From a phage: a DNA stretch of 64,000 nucleotides. Shown in pieces: positions 36,495 through 45,599 of this stretch (its first letter is position 1; every line of letters starts with the position of its first letter). The stretch lies in NCBI GenBank assembly GCA_011939005.1, contig GCA_011939005.1_4858.1. One strand, given 5' to 3'. The notes beneath the pieces were generated by a model. The model was not told where the DNA came from and made no database searches. It saw only the letters and a program-made list of their open reading frames with translations. A program made the translations under genes and the position numbers.

Positions 36495-37409
36495 ATGACA
36501 GATCAAGTAGAATCCAGGATCTCGTCTGAACTGTACGACAAACCGTCAATTCTGTCGGTTGTCGCAACTTCTAAGTGTAACTTAGACTGTAGCTTCTGTG
36601 GAGGGGCTTATTACATGGATAGAGAAGATACTTCTCGTGAGTTTCAACGTGAAGAGATTCTCTCGATTTTAGAGAAGAATCCGGATATCGGTGAGATTCA
36701 TTGGACGGGCGGTGAGCCGCTGTTAGCGCAGCGCAAGATTGAAGACTTCGTGAACGAGTTGAAGGAGTCTCATCCGAACCTCCGTCATCACATGTACACC
36801 AACGGTTTAAAGATGCGTAAATCACATCTGCCGTTGCTGAAACAGTTCGACCTTATCTTTGTGTCCATTGACGGCTACAAGAAGTCGGAACGTCCGTTTA
36901 TGAACTTTGTAAACGGTGGTAATCACGAAGCGCTGGAAGTGCTGTACGAGCTGGACAACTATTACACCTGGGGTGTGATGACGCGTGACCAGTTAGGTGA
37001 TAAACGCTGGTACGAAGATTTCATCGAGCTGCACCGAGCAATCTATCATTACCGTCCAGGTGGTATGTCGTTGCTGTTTGATGCGATGATGCCGAAACCG
37101 TTATCGCCAGACCACGTCATGAACTTCATGTACGGGTATTGGAAAATACTCGACAATATCGAACGCCTTAACATGCAGAACGATTCTGAATGTGGGCTTG
37201 CGATCAGTAAAATGTTCGATACCGAGTGCAACACGTGCAGTGAAGTGCTGTGGCTTAACGCCGACGGTACGCAGGAGCAAATTCAGAACGCCCCAGAGAT
37301 ATTGGAAGTCGGCTGTAATCGCCTGGCGCGTTCTATCGGCGTTGATGCGTATAACTACATCAACCGTGTAATTTCTGCTAAGCGTAAACGGGCGGCGAAC
37401 AATGAGTAA
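36495..37409 (+). CDS. radical SAM enzyme (305 aa)
   Basis: CNLDCSFC (CxxxCxxC) near N-terminus, GGEPLL and YTNGL motifs, additional C-terminal Cys (ECNTCSEV...GCN); ATG at 36495 with GGAG RBS. Confidence 0.8.
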   Translation: MTDQVESRISSELYDKPSILSVVATSKCNLDCSFCGGAYYMDREDTSREFQREEILSILEKNPDIGEIHWTGGEPLLAQRKIEDFVNELKESHPNLRHHMYTNGLKMRKSHLPLLKQFDLIFVSIDGYKKSERPFMNFVNGGNHEALEVLYELDNYYTWGVMTRDQLGDKRWYEDFIELHRAIYHYRPGGMSLLFDAMMPKPLSPDHVMNFMYGYWKILDNIERLNMQNDSECGLAISKMFDTECNTCSEVLWLNADGTQEQIQNAPEILEVGCNRLARSIGVDAYNYINRVISAKRKRAANNE

Positions 37410-38730
37410 TAGCGAACAGCAAATCCAGTACACACCACGCACGTATCAGGTTGTGACTAACCTGTCATGTAACCTGGACTGCGAATACTGCTACGAGCGT
37501 AAATATCCACGCAATAACAAAGTAGCTGACGTGATTGATTTTATCCACGCTTGCTTCGAGCGCGATAAAGATATCCCGAACGTTGAAGTCATCATCGATA
37601 TCATCGGTGGTGAGCCGTTCATGCAGCCTAAACTTCTTTTGGCGGCCTTTGAAACCGCAGAGAAGTTATGCGCAGAACACAATCGCCCGTATATGTTCAG
37701 TATCTCCACGAACGGTACACTTCTGGACCGTCCGCTGAACAAAGAAATTATCGAGCGCTGGAAAGACAAACTGTCTATTGGGGTCTCCATCGATGGTTTA
37801 CCTGAAGTCCATGACAAATATCGTATCTTTACCACGACGCGTGAAGGGTCGTACGAAGCTGCGGTACGTGGTTACAATTATCTGAAGAGTGTTGGCATCG
37901 CTGAACTGGGCGTAAAGGCGACGTTTACGATCGATACATTGCCGCACTATGCCGCCAGCATGAAATCGTTAATTGACATGTCCGGCGGTGGTACCATTTC
38001 TGGTAACGTAACGTACGAAGATATCCTACCGCGCCATATGGCGTTGGATATCGCGAACCAGATGATGGACGTGATGGACTACTGGATTGAGAAGGGTCTG
38101 CACACCAACCCGCGTAACACGATTACACACATCATCCCGGATGGCCTGAACTTTATGGCAACTTGGGACCCGGATTGGCGTGACAAACTCTTACATGACG
38201 ACTCTGTTCGTCTCGACCCAGAACGCCTGAAACCGTACTGCGGTACGTTGACGCACATGACCTGTCTCGGCTTTGATCGCAAGATTTACGGTTGTAACCG
38301 TTTCATGTCCACGGTAACTTCCCGTTCTGCTGTAGCAGAACTGGTCGGTCGTGAGTTTGTGAGCCTGGACGGTGGTAAGCTGTTAGAAGAGATTCAAACG
38401 CAGTACACCAACTACCCAGAAACCTGTTTAGGGTGTCCGATGAAACACAGTTGCGGTAGCTGCGCGGCAGCATCGTACGAAAACGGTGAAGGTACACTGG
38501 AAGACCGTAAAGCGTATCATGCCGAGCGTCGTCAGTGTGGTTGGACTACTGCGAAGCTGATGGCGGCAGAATATTGGTATCAGAAAACTGGTACGACCCG
38601 CGCATCAGATTTGCATGATAAATCCATGTGCTATTGTTCACGTTGTGTACGCCAACGTGCTGAAGCAGAAAAATTACAAAACGGAGCCCAGAATGAAGTC
38701 AATACTGATTCACAATTTTACGAAGCGTAA
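37402..38730 (+). CDS. radical SAM enzyme with SPASM-like C-terminal Cys cluster (442 aa)
   Basis: CNLDCEYC, GGEPF, STNGTLL motifs; C-terminal CLGCPMKHSCGSCAAASY and CYCSRC; overlaps previous gene by 8 nt. Confidence 0.85.
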   Translation: MSNSEQQIQYTPRTYQVVTNLSCNLDCEYCYERKYPRNNKVADVIDFIHACFERDKDIPNVEVIIDIIGGEPFMQPKLLLAAFETAEKLCAEHNRPYMFSISTNGTLLDRPLNKEIIERWKDKLSIGVSIDGLPEVHDKYRIFTTTREGSYEAAVRGYNYLKSVGIAELGVKATFTIDTLPHYAASMKSLIDMSGGGTISGNVTYEDILPRHMALDIANQMMDVMDYWIEKGLHTNPRNTITHIIPDGLNFMATWDPDWRDKLLHDDSVRLDPERLKPYCGTLTHMTCLGFDRKIYGCNRFMSTVTSRSAVAELVGREFVSLDGGKLLEEIQTQYTNYPETCLGCPMKHSCGSCAAASYENGEGTLEDRKAYHAERRQCGWTTAKLMAAEYWYQKTGTTRASDLHDKSMCYCSRCVRQRAEAEKLQNGAQNEVNTDSQFYEA

Positions 38731-39259
38731 ACTGCACTTGGTCGATCGCTTCCTGCGCAAAAGCAAGCTGTACAATGTGCACGCAATTGTGGCAGGGGAA
38801 GACTTCACTGATGAAATCCAAAGCCTGTTGATTAAATACGGGCTGAATGTGATGATCCCGGTCTACTGCGTTGAGAAAGGACACGAGTCTGTCGCAGAAA
38901 TCGAAAAGCGCAATCCTGGCTTTGAGAAGCGATTGCTCGCATACCCACGCCACAAAATCGAACTGCTACGTCATTCCATCGATGAAGCCAGTCCTGAAAG
39001 TTTAGTGGCTTTGGGCTTGTCTTTCCCGCGGATGCGTATTCGTAACTTACGCTCCAATAATCCGGTCGACGCGTATTACACAGAGCGTCAAATCTTTGAA
39101 GAACATCTGCTCCCGCAGTTGGAAGAAGAAGAGCAACACAACATTTCGTTGTTGTGGGCCGGTAACCTCGATCAGGACTTCCAGATGCTGGACTTCGGTT
39201 TGTTGTTAGAACTTGGCCTGATTGAGGAGGACGAATGTCTGTTACTGACAAAAGCTTAA
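38693..39259 (+). CDS. hypothetical protein (189 aa) in radical-SAM cluster
   Basis: ATG at 38693 with ACGGAG RBS preferred over track start 38615. Confidence 0.5.
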   Translation: MKSILIHNFTKRKLHLVDRFLRKSKLYNVHAIVAGEDFTDEIQSLLIKYGLNVMIPVYCVEKGHESVAEIEKRNPGFEKRLLAYPRHKIELLRHSIDEASPESLVALGLSFPRMRIRNLRSNNPVDAYYTERQIFEEHLLPQLEEEEQHNISLLWAGNLDQDFQMLDFGLLLELGLIEEDECLLLTKA

Positions 39260-39906
39260 CGAACGAAGAGATCCGCGCCCGTTATTTCCAGCGCAATTTG
39301 CCGATTGACCGACACGGCAACTTCATGGAACGTATCGGTGCAGAGGATCAAGGCCGTACAGGCTTTTGCGCTCTGCTCCATTATCATCTCATCGAAGGGA
39401 TGTCTGATAAAGAAGCCCTGGCACGCATGAAGCTGTATGAGATGTCGGAGATTGAAGCTAACTTCACATTGAAACGCACGAAAGAGTTTATTGCTAATGT
39501 GCTGGAGATTGACCTCGACGAAATTCGCGGGAATCTAAAATCTACCGCACGTTACATTTACGAAGACGTGCAGAAGATGCTGTTGGAACTCGACCACCGC
39601 TACGAAGATGAGCGCCATGGTTATATCGAGTTTGAAGGTAGTCACTTTCAAGCCGATGAATCGTCGCGTACCATCCTCGGTCAATACATTCAGGCAGATA
39701 CCGCACCAGAATACTGGCTCGATACGCTGAATACTAAGCACAGTCCGTTTACAGTAGACCAATGTAAAGCGTTGTTGGGCGCTATTGTTGCACGCGACCA
39801 AGTGTTGCACTCAGCAATGGCAGATAACAAACGCCAAATCCGTGAGTTAGCTGAAAAGCGCGATTACACTGGATTAAAAACATTGTCCGAGTCACTCGGC
39901 ATGTAA
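39235..39906 (+). CDS. hypothetical protein (223 aa) in radical-SAM cluster
   Basis: ATG with perfect GAGGAGG RBS; followed by terminator. Confidence 0.65.
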   Translation: MSVTDKSLTNEEIRARYFQRNLPIDRHGNFMERIGAEDQGRTGFCALLHYHLIEGMSDKEALARMKLYEMSEIEANFTLKRTKEFIANVLEIDLDEIRGNLKSTARYIYEDVQKMLLELDHRYEDERHGYIEFEGSHFQADESSRTILGQYIQADTAPEYWLDTLNTKHSPFTVDQCKALLGAIVARDQVLHSAMADNKRQIRELAEKRDYTGLKTLSESLGM

Positions 39907-39908
39907 GC

Positions 39909-39965
39909 AAAGAAAATAAAGGCCCTACCTCCCCGAAGGGAGGTAGGTACCTTTTATTTATTTCT
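39909..39965. terminator. bidirectional rho-independent terminator
   Basis: Hairpin ccctacctcccc-gaa-gggaggtagg flanked by A-run and T-run; closes the plus-strand block. Confidence 0.7.
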
Positions 39966-39987
39966 TAGAAACTACTAAGTTGTTTTG

Positions 39988-40515
39988 TTAAACGAATCCG
40001 TCCAGTTCACCGTTGGTGGTACTCAGGTCAGTTTTAACGATTGGCTGCGTTACAGTATAAACTGCAAGGCTGGCAGGCTGGTATTTAATGTGGCCTTCTT
40101 TCACCTTAACAGTGATGATTTTCTCACCACTGTCGCCGTCCTCGCGTGTAATGGTGAGTTCAGACAATGCAAACGCATCTTCCGTTTTACCGGCAGCAAT
40201 TAGATCTGCGTTGACAAAAGCAAGCACTTCTTCATCGGTATCCCATTCTGCCTGGTCAGCGGTAACTGCTTTCGCACCGATGATGTTCAATGAATCGAGG
40301 CGGGTATAATGCAGCTCTTTCTCGCCAGTAAAGTTAGCGGATTCCGCGGTGGCAGTGATGGTGAGTTTGGAGTTGCGATGGTCTCCAGAATCTGCTGGTG
40401 AATAGTCAGCAACAGCGCCGAATGTAACGTCAGCAGAAGTTAACGGACTAGACAGTCCGCTGTTTGCAGCATTAAACAGCGCAACGAGTTGGTCTTTTGC
40501 AGAGATGACTGCCAT
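39988..40515 (-). CDS. short member of the shared-N-terminal-domain family (175 aa), C-terminus ...TNGELDGFV
   Basis: ATG at 40515 with AAGGAAA RBS; N-terminus aligns with the tandem paralogs further downstream. Confidence 0.6.
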   Translation of the reverse strand: MAVISAKDQLVALFNAANSGLSSPLTSADVTFGAVADYSPADSGDHRNSKLTITATAESANFTGEKELHYTRLDSLNIIGAKAVTADQAEWDTDEEVLAFVNADLIAAGKTEDAFALSELTITREDGDSGEKIITVKVKEGHIKYQPASLAVYTVTQPIVKTDLSTTNGELDGFV

Positions 40516-40639
40516 GGTTGTTTCCTTATAGTAGGTTTGTGGTGCATACCAAATCATTCTAAAAAATACATAGTGGGGTTAATATGACAGTAAAGTTGGC
40601 TGTTAAACGAGAAAGTTTTTACCACTGAAAGGATACCTT

Positions 40640-41131
40640 ATGAAACGTCTATTTATCGTATTCGCGATTATAAACCTGTTGGTCGGTTGTGTTCAGTCGC
40701 CAAACAACATCGGGCAATTTAGCGCCACGCCAGTAAAGAATCACGACTTGGTGATTTATACATGCACAGGAACGCAGGAGAAGTTTGTAGACTACCGTCC
40801 GGTTCTGGACAACCTACAAATGATGCCGCGGTCAGTAACAGTATTGGATGTGGGTGCAAGCTGGGTAGCAACGTGGGACGGTGGCAAACTTGAGTCACCG
40901 ATGATGTTTAAAGATACAATTGGCAAAATCGACGGGAATGTTAACACCACCACAGGTGAGCGTTATTACCGTATTAATAAAACCGTAAACGATAGCCCCA
41001 CTTACTCTTTTTCGGATGTGAACCCGTATACCGGCGAAGGTAAAGGGATGACATTCTTTCGCTGCAGCAGCGGGTTTATCGGTGAAGTTCCTACCCCGAT
41101 TACGATTGTTCCGTTAGAAGAAAATAAATAA
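40640..41131 (+). CDS. putative lipoprotein (163 aa)
   Basis: AAGGAT RBS; N-terminus MKRLFIVFAIINLLVGCVQ with lipobox LVGC; divergent from the family gene at 39988..40515. Confidence 0.7.
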   Translation: MKRLFIVFAIINLLVGCVQSPNNIGQFSATPVKNHDLVIYTCTGTQEKFVDYRPVLDNLQMMPRSVTVLDVGASWVATWDGGKLESPMMFKDTIGKIDGNVNTTTGERYYRINKTVNDSPTYSFSDVNPYTGEGKGMTFFRCSSGFIGEVPTPITIVPLEENK

Positions 41132-41175
41132 TGCTTACCCACTCCCGTAAGGGGAGTGGGTAAGGGCTTTATTTA
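41121..41175. terminator. rho-independent terminator (bidirectional)
   Basis: Hairpin cttacccactccc-gtaa-ggggagtgggtaag with flanking A-run and T-run. Confidence 0.65.
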
Positions 41176-41256
41176 CCCTCTAAAACGCTCTGTAACGCTC
41201 TCTAAGCGCATTAAACGTATCAAATGATAAATGATATTACTTTTGATTAAAGTGGC

Positions 41257-41772
41257 TTAGATTTTAACTAGCTTGCTCCAATCGATGGGTTGTTGCTTAA
41301 CCACTTTAACGGTACCACGTGTCGGTGACCAGAAGGTGATATCAGGCTGGTTGCGTACGTCAACATGCAGCCAGGTAATATCGCACTCGATAAAGTGAAT
41401 AAATGGAAACTCGTCAGGGTTCGCGGCAATATAATCGTGCACTTTCTGCAACGGAGTATCAAGCATTGTTGCATCAAACGCATTACCGAATTTATGCATA
41501 CTGCCTGATTCGGCGTACAGTTTGTTTGCACGAGTTTGCCAATCGCCACCCTTTGGTTTCTCTTGATTAATAAAGAACTGCAGGGTACGCAGACTACGCT
41601 GTTGCTGGGAACTGGTTAAAATCACCATCCGCCCAAAACGATTACGAATCTGTTGGAGCGAGATTAGCAGTAACGGATTAAGGAAACGAATAGCACCTTC
41701 ACCGTATTTCGCGATGTACTCCTGCGGCATCAACTCTTTTAACGCGAAGTTGGCAGGATTCGGATGAAACAT
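41257..41772 (-). CDS. peptidase M15-family zinc peptidase (putative L-Ala-D-Glu endopeptidase-type lysin)
   Basis: SMHKFGNAFD (S.H..G.A.D) and WLHVDV motifs; ATG with AAGGAGA RBS. Confidence 0.65.
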   Translation of the reverse strand: MFHPNPANFALKELMPQEYIAKYGEGAIRFLNPLLLISLQQIRNRFGRMVILTSSQQQRSLRTLQFFINQEKPKGGDWQTRANKLYAESGSMHKFGNAFDATMLDTPLQKVHDYIAANPDEFPFIHFIECDITWLHVDVRNQPDITFWSPTRGTVKVVKQQPIDWSKLVKI

Positions 41773-41781
41773 TTTCTCTCC

Positions 41782-42423
41782 TTAAGGGGTAGTCAGGAAC
41801 GCGCGTTTGATATTCAAATACTGCACGTTTACCGGTTGCCCATTAGTAATGTCAACACGTTCGTGTTCAGGAATCGCTAACGTACGCGATGTTCTAAAGA
41901 ACAGGTAGTTGCGATTATAGGACAACGTCTTTTCTACCGGCCGGCTATAAACCACCTTAGAGTTATCGTCTACATAGGACGGCCAACCAAACTCGTGAAC
42001 GGCATGGTAGAAGGACTTACGAATAAAGGTGTCAACGCCTAATGCCTCCATGATGCGTAAGAACATCAAGTCAGCGAACGTTTTGTCACATGCACGAGAT
42101 AGATTACCTTCAACGGTGTCAGGGTAAAAGCCTACCGATGAACGTTTCTGGTAAAACAAATCATGCACACAAGCGGCAGCGGCCCAAGGCCCATCCGGAT
42201 GCAGGATAGGACGTAACGTTTCTGGAATGCTTGCCAGGTCCGTCACAAATCCTCTCGGTACCGTTACCCATAACGGGGTATCCGGATGCACACCTGCTAA
42301 TGCTACCATCGCATCCATTCCGGTCTGTTCACGATAGAGGCTGCGCAACGTAAACTCGAAATGGAAATCATCCGTGAGGATAAACCACGGCTTCTCTAAC
42401 AACTTATACTTAAGTGCTTCCAT
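41782..42423 (-). CDS. hypothetical protein (213 aa) within lysis module
   Basis: ATG with GAGGTC RBS; GFVTDLASIP segment; function unknown. Confidence 0.6.
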   Translation of the reverse strand: MEALKYKLLEKPWFILTDDFHFEFTLRSLYREQTGMDAMVALAGVHPDTPLWVTVPRGFVTDLASIPETLRPILHPDGPWAAAACVHDLFYQKRSSVGFYPDTVEGNLSRACDKTFADLMFLRIMEALGVDTFIRKSFYHAVHEFGWPSYVDDNSKVVYSRPVEKTLSYNRNYLFFRTSRTLAIPEHERVDITNGQPVNVQYLNIKRAFLTTP

Positions 42424-42426
42424 ACT

Positions 42427-42522
42427 GACCTCATGTCATATAACGCACGAGCATCGTGAGGACCATTAATCCCAGTAAAATGGGCATTAAGCCTTTCGGC
42501 CAGTCGTCGTTGTCGTATTGCA
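42427..42522 (-). CDS. tiny membrane peptide (31 aa), possible lysis accessory
   Basis: Hand-translated MQYDNDDWPKGLMPILLGLMVLTMLVRYMT with GAGGG RBS; not in ORF track. Confidence 0.3.
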
Positions 42523-42639
42523 TGGCTTTACCCTCTGACAGAAGATCGTGCGTAATAGTTTGAAGAACCCAGAATCGTAATACGTTTCCGGAACAGTTTG
42601 TACTTCGGGGAACTTAGGCGGAGTTGGACGGTGGGTCAT
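42487..42639 (-). CDS. small ORF (50 aa) overlapping the 31-aa peptide gene
   Basis: ATG with strong AAGGAGA RBS; hand-translated MTHRPTPPKFPEVQTVPETYYDSGFFKLLRTIFCQRVKPCNTTTTTGRKA. Confidence 0.3.
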   Translation of the reverse strand: MTHRPTPPKFPEVQTVPETYYDSGFFKLLRTIFCQRVKPCNTTTTTGRKA

Positions 42640-42711
42640 TACGTTTTCTCCTTGCAGCAAAAACAAGGGCGCGCCAGATAGCTTTCATTAAGGCAGCAAA
42701 CCAATTCTGTT

Positions 42712-43329
42712 TCATTTACACATCCCCAACTTAGCCACGTAGTCTGGCATTTCCTGATAGACGCGGCCATACCAGCCGTAAGTAAACTCTTCGTTATCCT
42801 CACGCCCTTCACTGATTTCCGTGTAGTACGCTACCTGATGACAGGTTAAAGCGAATATCAGTCGATTTAGGCCCTCTTCCCCACGAGCTTTGATAAAGCC
42901 TTCTAACGCTGTTAACGTACGTGGTCCAATACCACCGTCGGCATCGATATCGTCGTACAGTTTACCCTGACGGTTTAATACGTTCAGAATGCGCTGCAGG
43001 GACTTGATACAGTTGCCACGACCTGCGTTGATGCCGAAATCAAACATCCGGTCAGCTAGCAGGACATTCATTTTCATAATCTGGTCTAAGCGCATCCGCT
43101 GCCACCAGAGCTTGTTGTAAATGTCTAACGCGGTTTCTAGGCTCAGGTCACGCATATCCCCTTTATAGCCATATTCACGCGCCGTGAGTTCGGTGACACC
43201 ACGGTTCGTTGCTTTACCCAAATCTTTCGGGTTATTAACGTAACCGGCTTCGATGTTTACTTTGGCACGAATAATGCCCTCTTTACTCCAACGATCGACC
43301 ACGATAACCTCCTGCGTTGATAGGGTCAT
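42712..43329 (-). CDS. GH108-like muramidase with PG_binding_3-like domain (endolysin candidate)
   Basis: IEAGYVNNPKDLGKATNRGVT resembles the GH108 EGGYVN.P.D.GG.T..GIT motif; DADGGIGPRTLTAL resembles a peptidoglycan-binding motif; ATG at 43329 preferred over track start 43365. Confidence 0.65.
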   Translation of the reverse strand: MTLSTQEVIVVDRWSKEGIIRAKVNIEAGYVNNPKDLGKATNRGVTELTAREYGYKGDMRDLSLETALDIYNKLWWQRMRLDQIMKMNVLLADRMFDFGINAGRGNCIKSLQRILNVLNRQGKLYDDIDADGGIGPRTLTALEGFIKARGEEGLNRLIFALTCHQVAYYTEISEGREDNEEFTYGWYGRVYQEMPDYVAKLGMCK

Positions 43330-43361
43330 AAAAAGAAAGCCTCTTCCCCGTGGGGAAGAGG
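43330..43361 (-). terminator. rho-independent terminator
   Basis: Hairpin cctcttcccc-gtg-gggaagagg with T-run on minus strand. Confidence 0.6.
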
Positions 43362-43416
43362 GCATGGGTTATTCTCAGGCTTTAACCCCGTCAAGTTCCT
43401 CGTTAAATTATGATAA

Positions 43417-45585
43417 CTATTTCTTTGGCCGCACCCACGGTTTAGGGGCGGATTTGGTATACGGATTACATTCCATCATCTTACCGAGGTAGGCATCGTA
43501 ATACACGAAGCGATCGACATAGAACTTCTCCACCGGTGCACTACTGGTAGCCGATTTCACCCGGTTGCGTTCCACAGCGAGGCTAATCGCCCCGGTAGGT
43601 GCGGGTTTTAGCGTGAACATTACCGCGCGGTTGTAACGCCAAGTGTCGTGCACAATATCAAACTCCGATACACAGTGTGCCATGATACCAAACAATGTGG
43701 TGGCTGGTAAGTTGGCTACAGCATCGCCGTATGGTGTTCCCACCAAACCGCCGGGTATGTTTTGCTTTTTGAACAGCGTACCTGAAATAATCGTACCTAA
43801 GAACTCCACAACTACAGGCTTGGTTGGGTCGGTGACTTTATCTATCCCATCCGCACTGGCCAATCGGTTGGCATCTAAATCTGCGAGGTAGTCGAGGAAC
43901 TCTTGGTACTCGTCGGTAACATTCGGTTTCACCGTTCCGACGGATACCCAGTTGACGATACTTTTATTCCCACCGACAGCTTCGCCTGCCATCCCAGGGC
44001 GAGTCCATGACATCCCGTCTTCACGACCGTAGACATAGACTGGCGAGCCGGTAGCCGGGGTGTTCCATTGCTCGAACGCTGTATATCGTCCCGGCTGGCC
44101 CCAATCCCCACCCGGACCGCCATAGTAGCGACTCTGGTAGCCGGTAAATTGCGCGACGACTAACTGGGTAGCACCGCCTTTGTCACGGGACCCAGCTAAG
44201 CCGTTACGGTTATTGGTGCCGCTGGGCACCGCCGCGCCTGGCCCGAGAGGCGCACCACCAGCTCCACCGATCTTGGTGGTGCTAAACGCATAGTAGTCGC
44301 CCCCACCCCCACCACCGGCGATGGTGCCGTAGTTTTCGATGGTGACTTTGCCACGGAAGGTATCGCTAATGTGGATTGCGTCAGCTCCGTCCGCTGATGT
44401 GTTCGCAGGCATAGAGTAGACCACACCCGAACCACCACGACCAAGAATGGTTCCCCGGTTAACGAAGTTCCAAACCACCTCGCCAATTTGCGGCAATTCG
44501 TCGATAACGAACGTCGGTTTCAGGTTGCTGTCGCGATAAACGAAAGCCCCCGCATCTACGGTCACGTTAACAAACAAACGCCCGCACGCCGCATGGTTGG
44601 TCAACGTTGTGGCCCAGTAGCTGTCCGAAAGTTGCGACGTAGTTGTGTAGTTCAGGTTAAGGGTTTGCTCGTTATCTTGATAGCGTGCTACATTCAACGT
44701 GGCACTGCCCATGACTTTGTACGAACCCTCTACGGGTGCCAATTGCACTTGTCTCGGCCACTCGCCTGCCAGGTTCTCTACAGGAGCAATTTCGTTTACA
44801 TCAAAAACACTCCGAATGCCGAGTGTCTCGATGGCCAGAGCATCGTGCAGGCTACCGGTGAAATCATCCGGGACGTATGTGGTTTTGCCTGCATATGTCT
44901 CGAGTTTGTTACGTGAGAAGAACACATACTTCGTTCCAAACATCCCGCTCCCCGGTCTAGCGGTCAAAGCTACGACGCTGTTATACGCAGAGGTTTGGCC
45001 TATATCCTCCGGGGACATCGGGGCGCTGACATCGACTTTATCAAGATCCACGATCCGTTTGGTTGCATTAGAGTAGAAGTTAATCCACTGCTGCTTATTC
45101 GCAGCCTTTAGCGTGAAAATGATATTGGTAACAGTGTAGACAGTGTTGATATCCACGTCACCGTTTATCACATCTAGCGTTTGGCTGCCGTACCAGATAA
45201 GACTTGTCTGTTTCGCCTGGAACGTGATGCGCGCAGCATTGTTTGTCCAAGTGATGGGCAGGTCTTCAAAGTCGTCGGTTAAAAAGGTAATCCCTAGTAG
45301 AGTGTCTAAATGCGGCAACAGTTCGTGGATGGACGCACAAGTGGGAATGGCATCCAACTTAACCTTGGCGAAATAATCAGCAATATTTTGCTTCGTGACT
45401 TGGGCCGTAATTTGACCGTAACTAGAATACCCCGGACCCCCTGTCAGTGTGACGTCTAGGGTTTTTTCGTCACGATGCGCCACGGACACCAGGCGTACGT
45501 TAGCGGGGTCTACTGCTTTGGCGACCGCGTTTTTACGGTTGAGCGACCGAATCACGGTCGCCACTAAATCGGGAGTGTATGACAT
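43417..45585 (-). CDS. tail fibre-like protein with Gly-rich segment (722 aa)
   Basis: ATG with AAGGTG RBS; N-terminus resembles the family domain; GGGGGG and Gly-rich stretch; C-terminus SAPKPWVRPKK parallels SKTAPVPWYPAL of 45600..46919. Confidence 0.8.
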   Translation of the reverse strand: MSYTPDLVATVIRSLNRKNAVAKAVDPANVRLVSVAHRDEKTLDVTLTGGPGYSSYGQITAQVTKQNIADYFAKVKLDAIPTCASIHELLPHLDTLLGITFLTDDFEDLPITWTNNAARITFQAKQTSLIWYGSQTLDVINGDVDINTVYTVTNIIFTLKAANKQQWINFYSNATKRIVDLDKVDVSAPMSPEDIGQTSAYNSVVALTARPGSGMFGTKYVFFSRNKLETYAGKTTYVPDDFTGSLHDALAIETLGIRSVFDVNEIAPVENLAGEWPRQVQLAPVEGSYKVMGSATLNVARYQDNEQTLNLNYTTTSQLSDSYWATTLTNHAACGRLFVNVTVDAGAFVYRDSNLKPTFVIDELPQIGEVVWNFVNRGTILGRGGSGVVYSMPANTSADGADAIHISDTFRGKVTIENYGTIAGGGGGGDYYAFSTTKIGGAGGAPLGPGAAVPSGTNNRNGLAGSRDKGGATQLVVAQFTGYQSRYYGGPGGDWGQPGRYTAFEQWNTPATGSPVYVYGREDGMSWTRPGMAGEAVGGNKSIVNWVSVGTVKPNVTDEYQEFLDYLADLDANRLASADGIDKVTDPTKPVVVEFLGTIISGTLFKKQNIPGGLVGTPYGDAVANLPATTLFGIMAHCVSEFDIVHDTWRYNRAVMFTLKPAPTGAISLAVERNRVKSATSSAPVEKFYVDRFVYYDAYLGKMMECNPYTKSAPKPWVRPKK

Positions 45586-45599
45586 GGTGACACCTTAGT

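Noticed and set aside
42712-43365. Longer start for the GH108-like gene (track start 43365)
   Set aside because: Extension runs through the terminator hairpin at 43330..43361; ATG at 43329 chosen.
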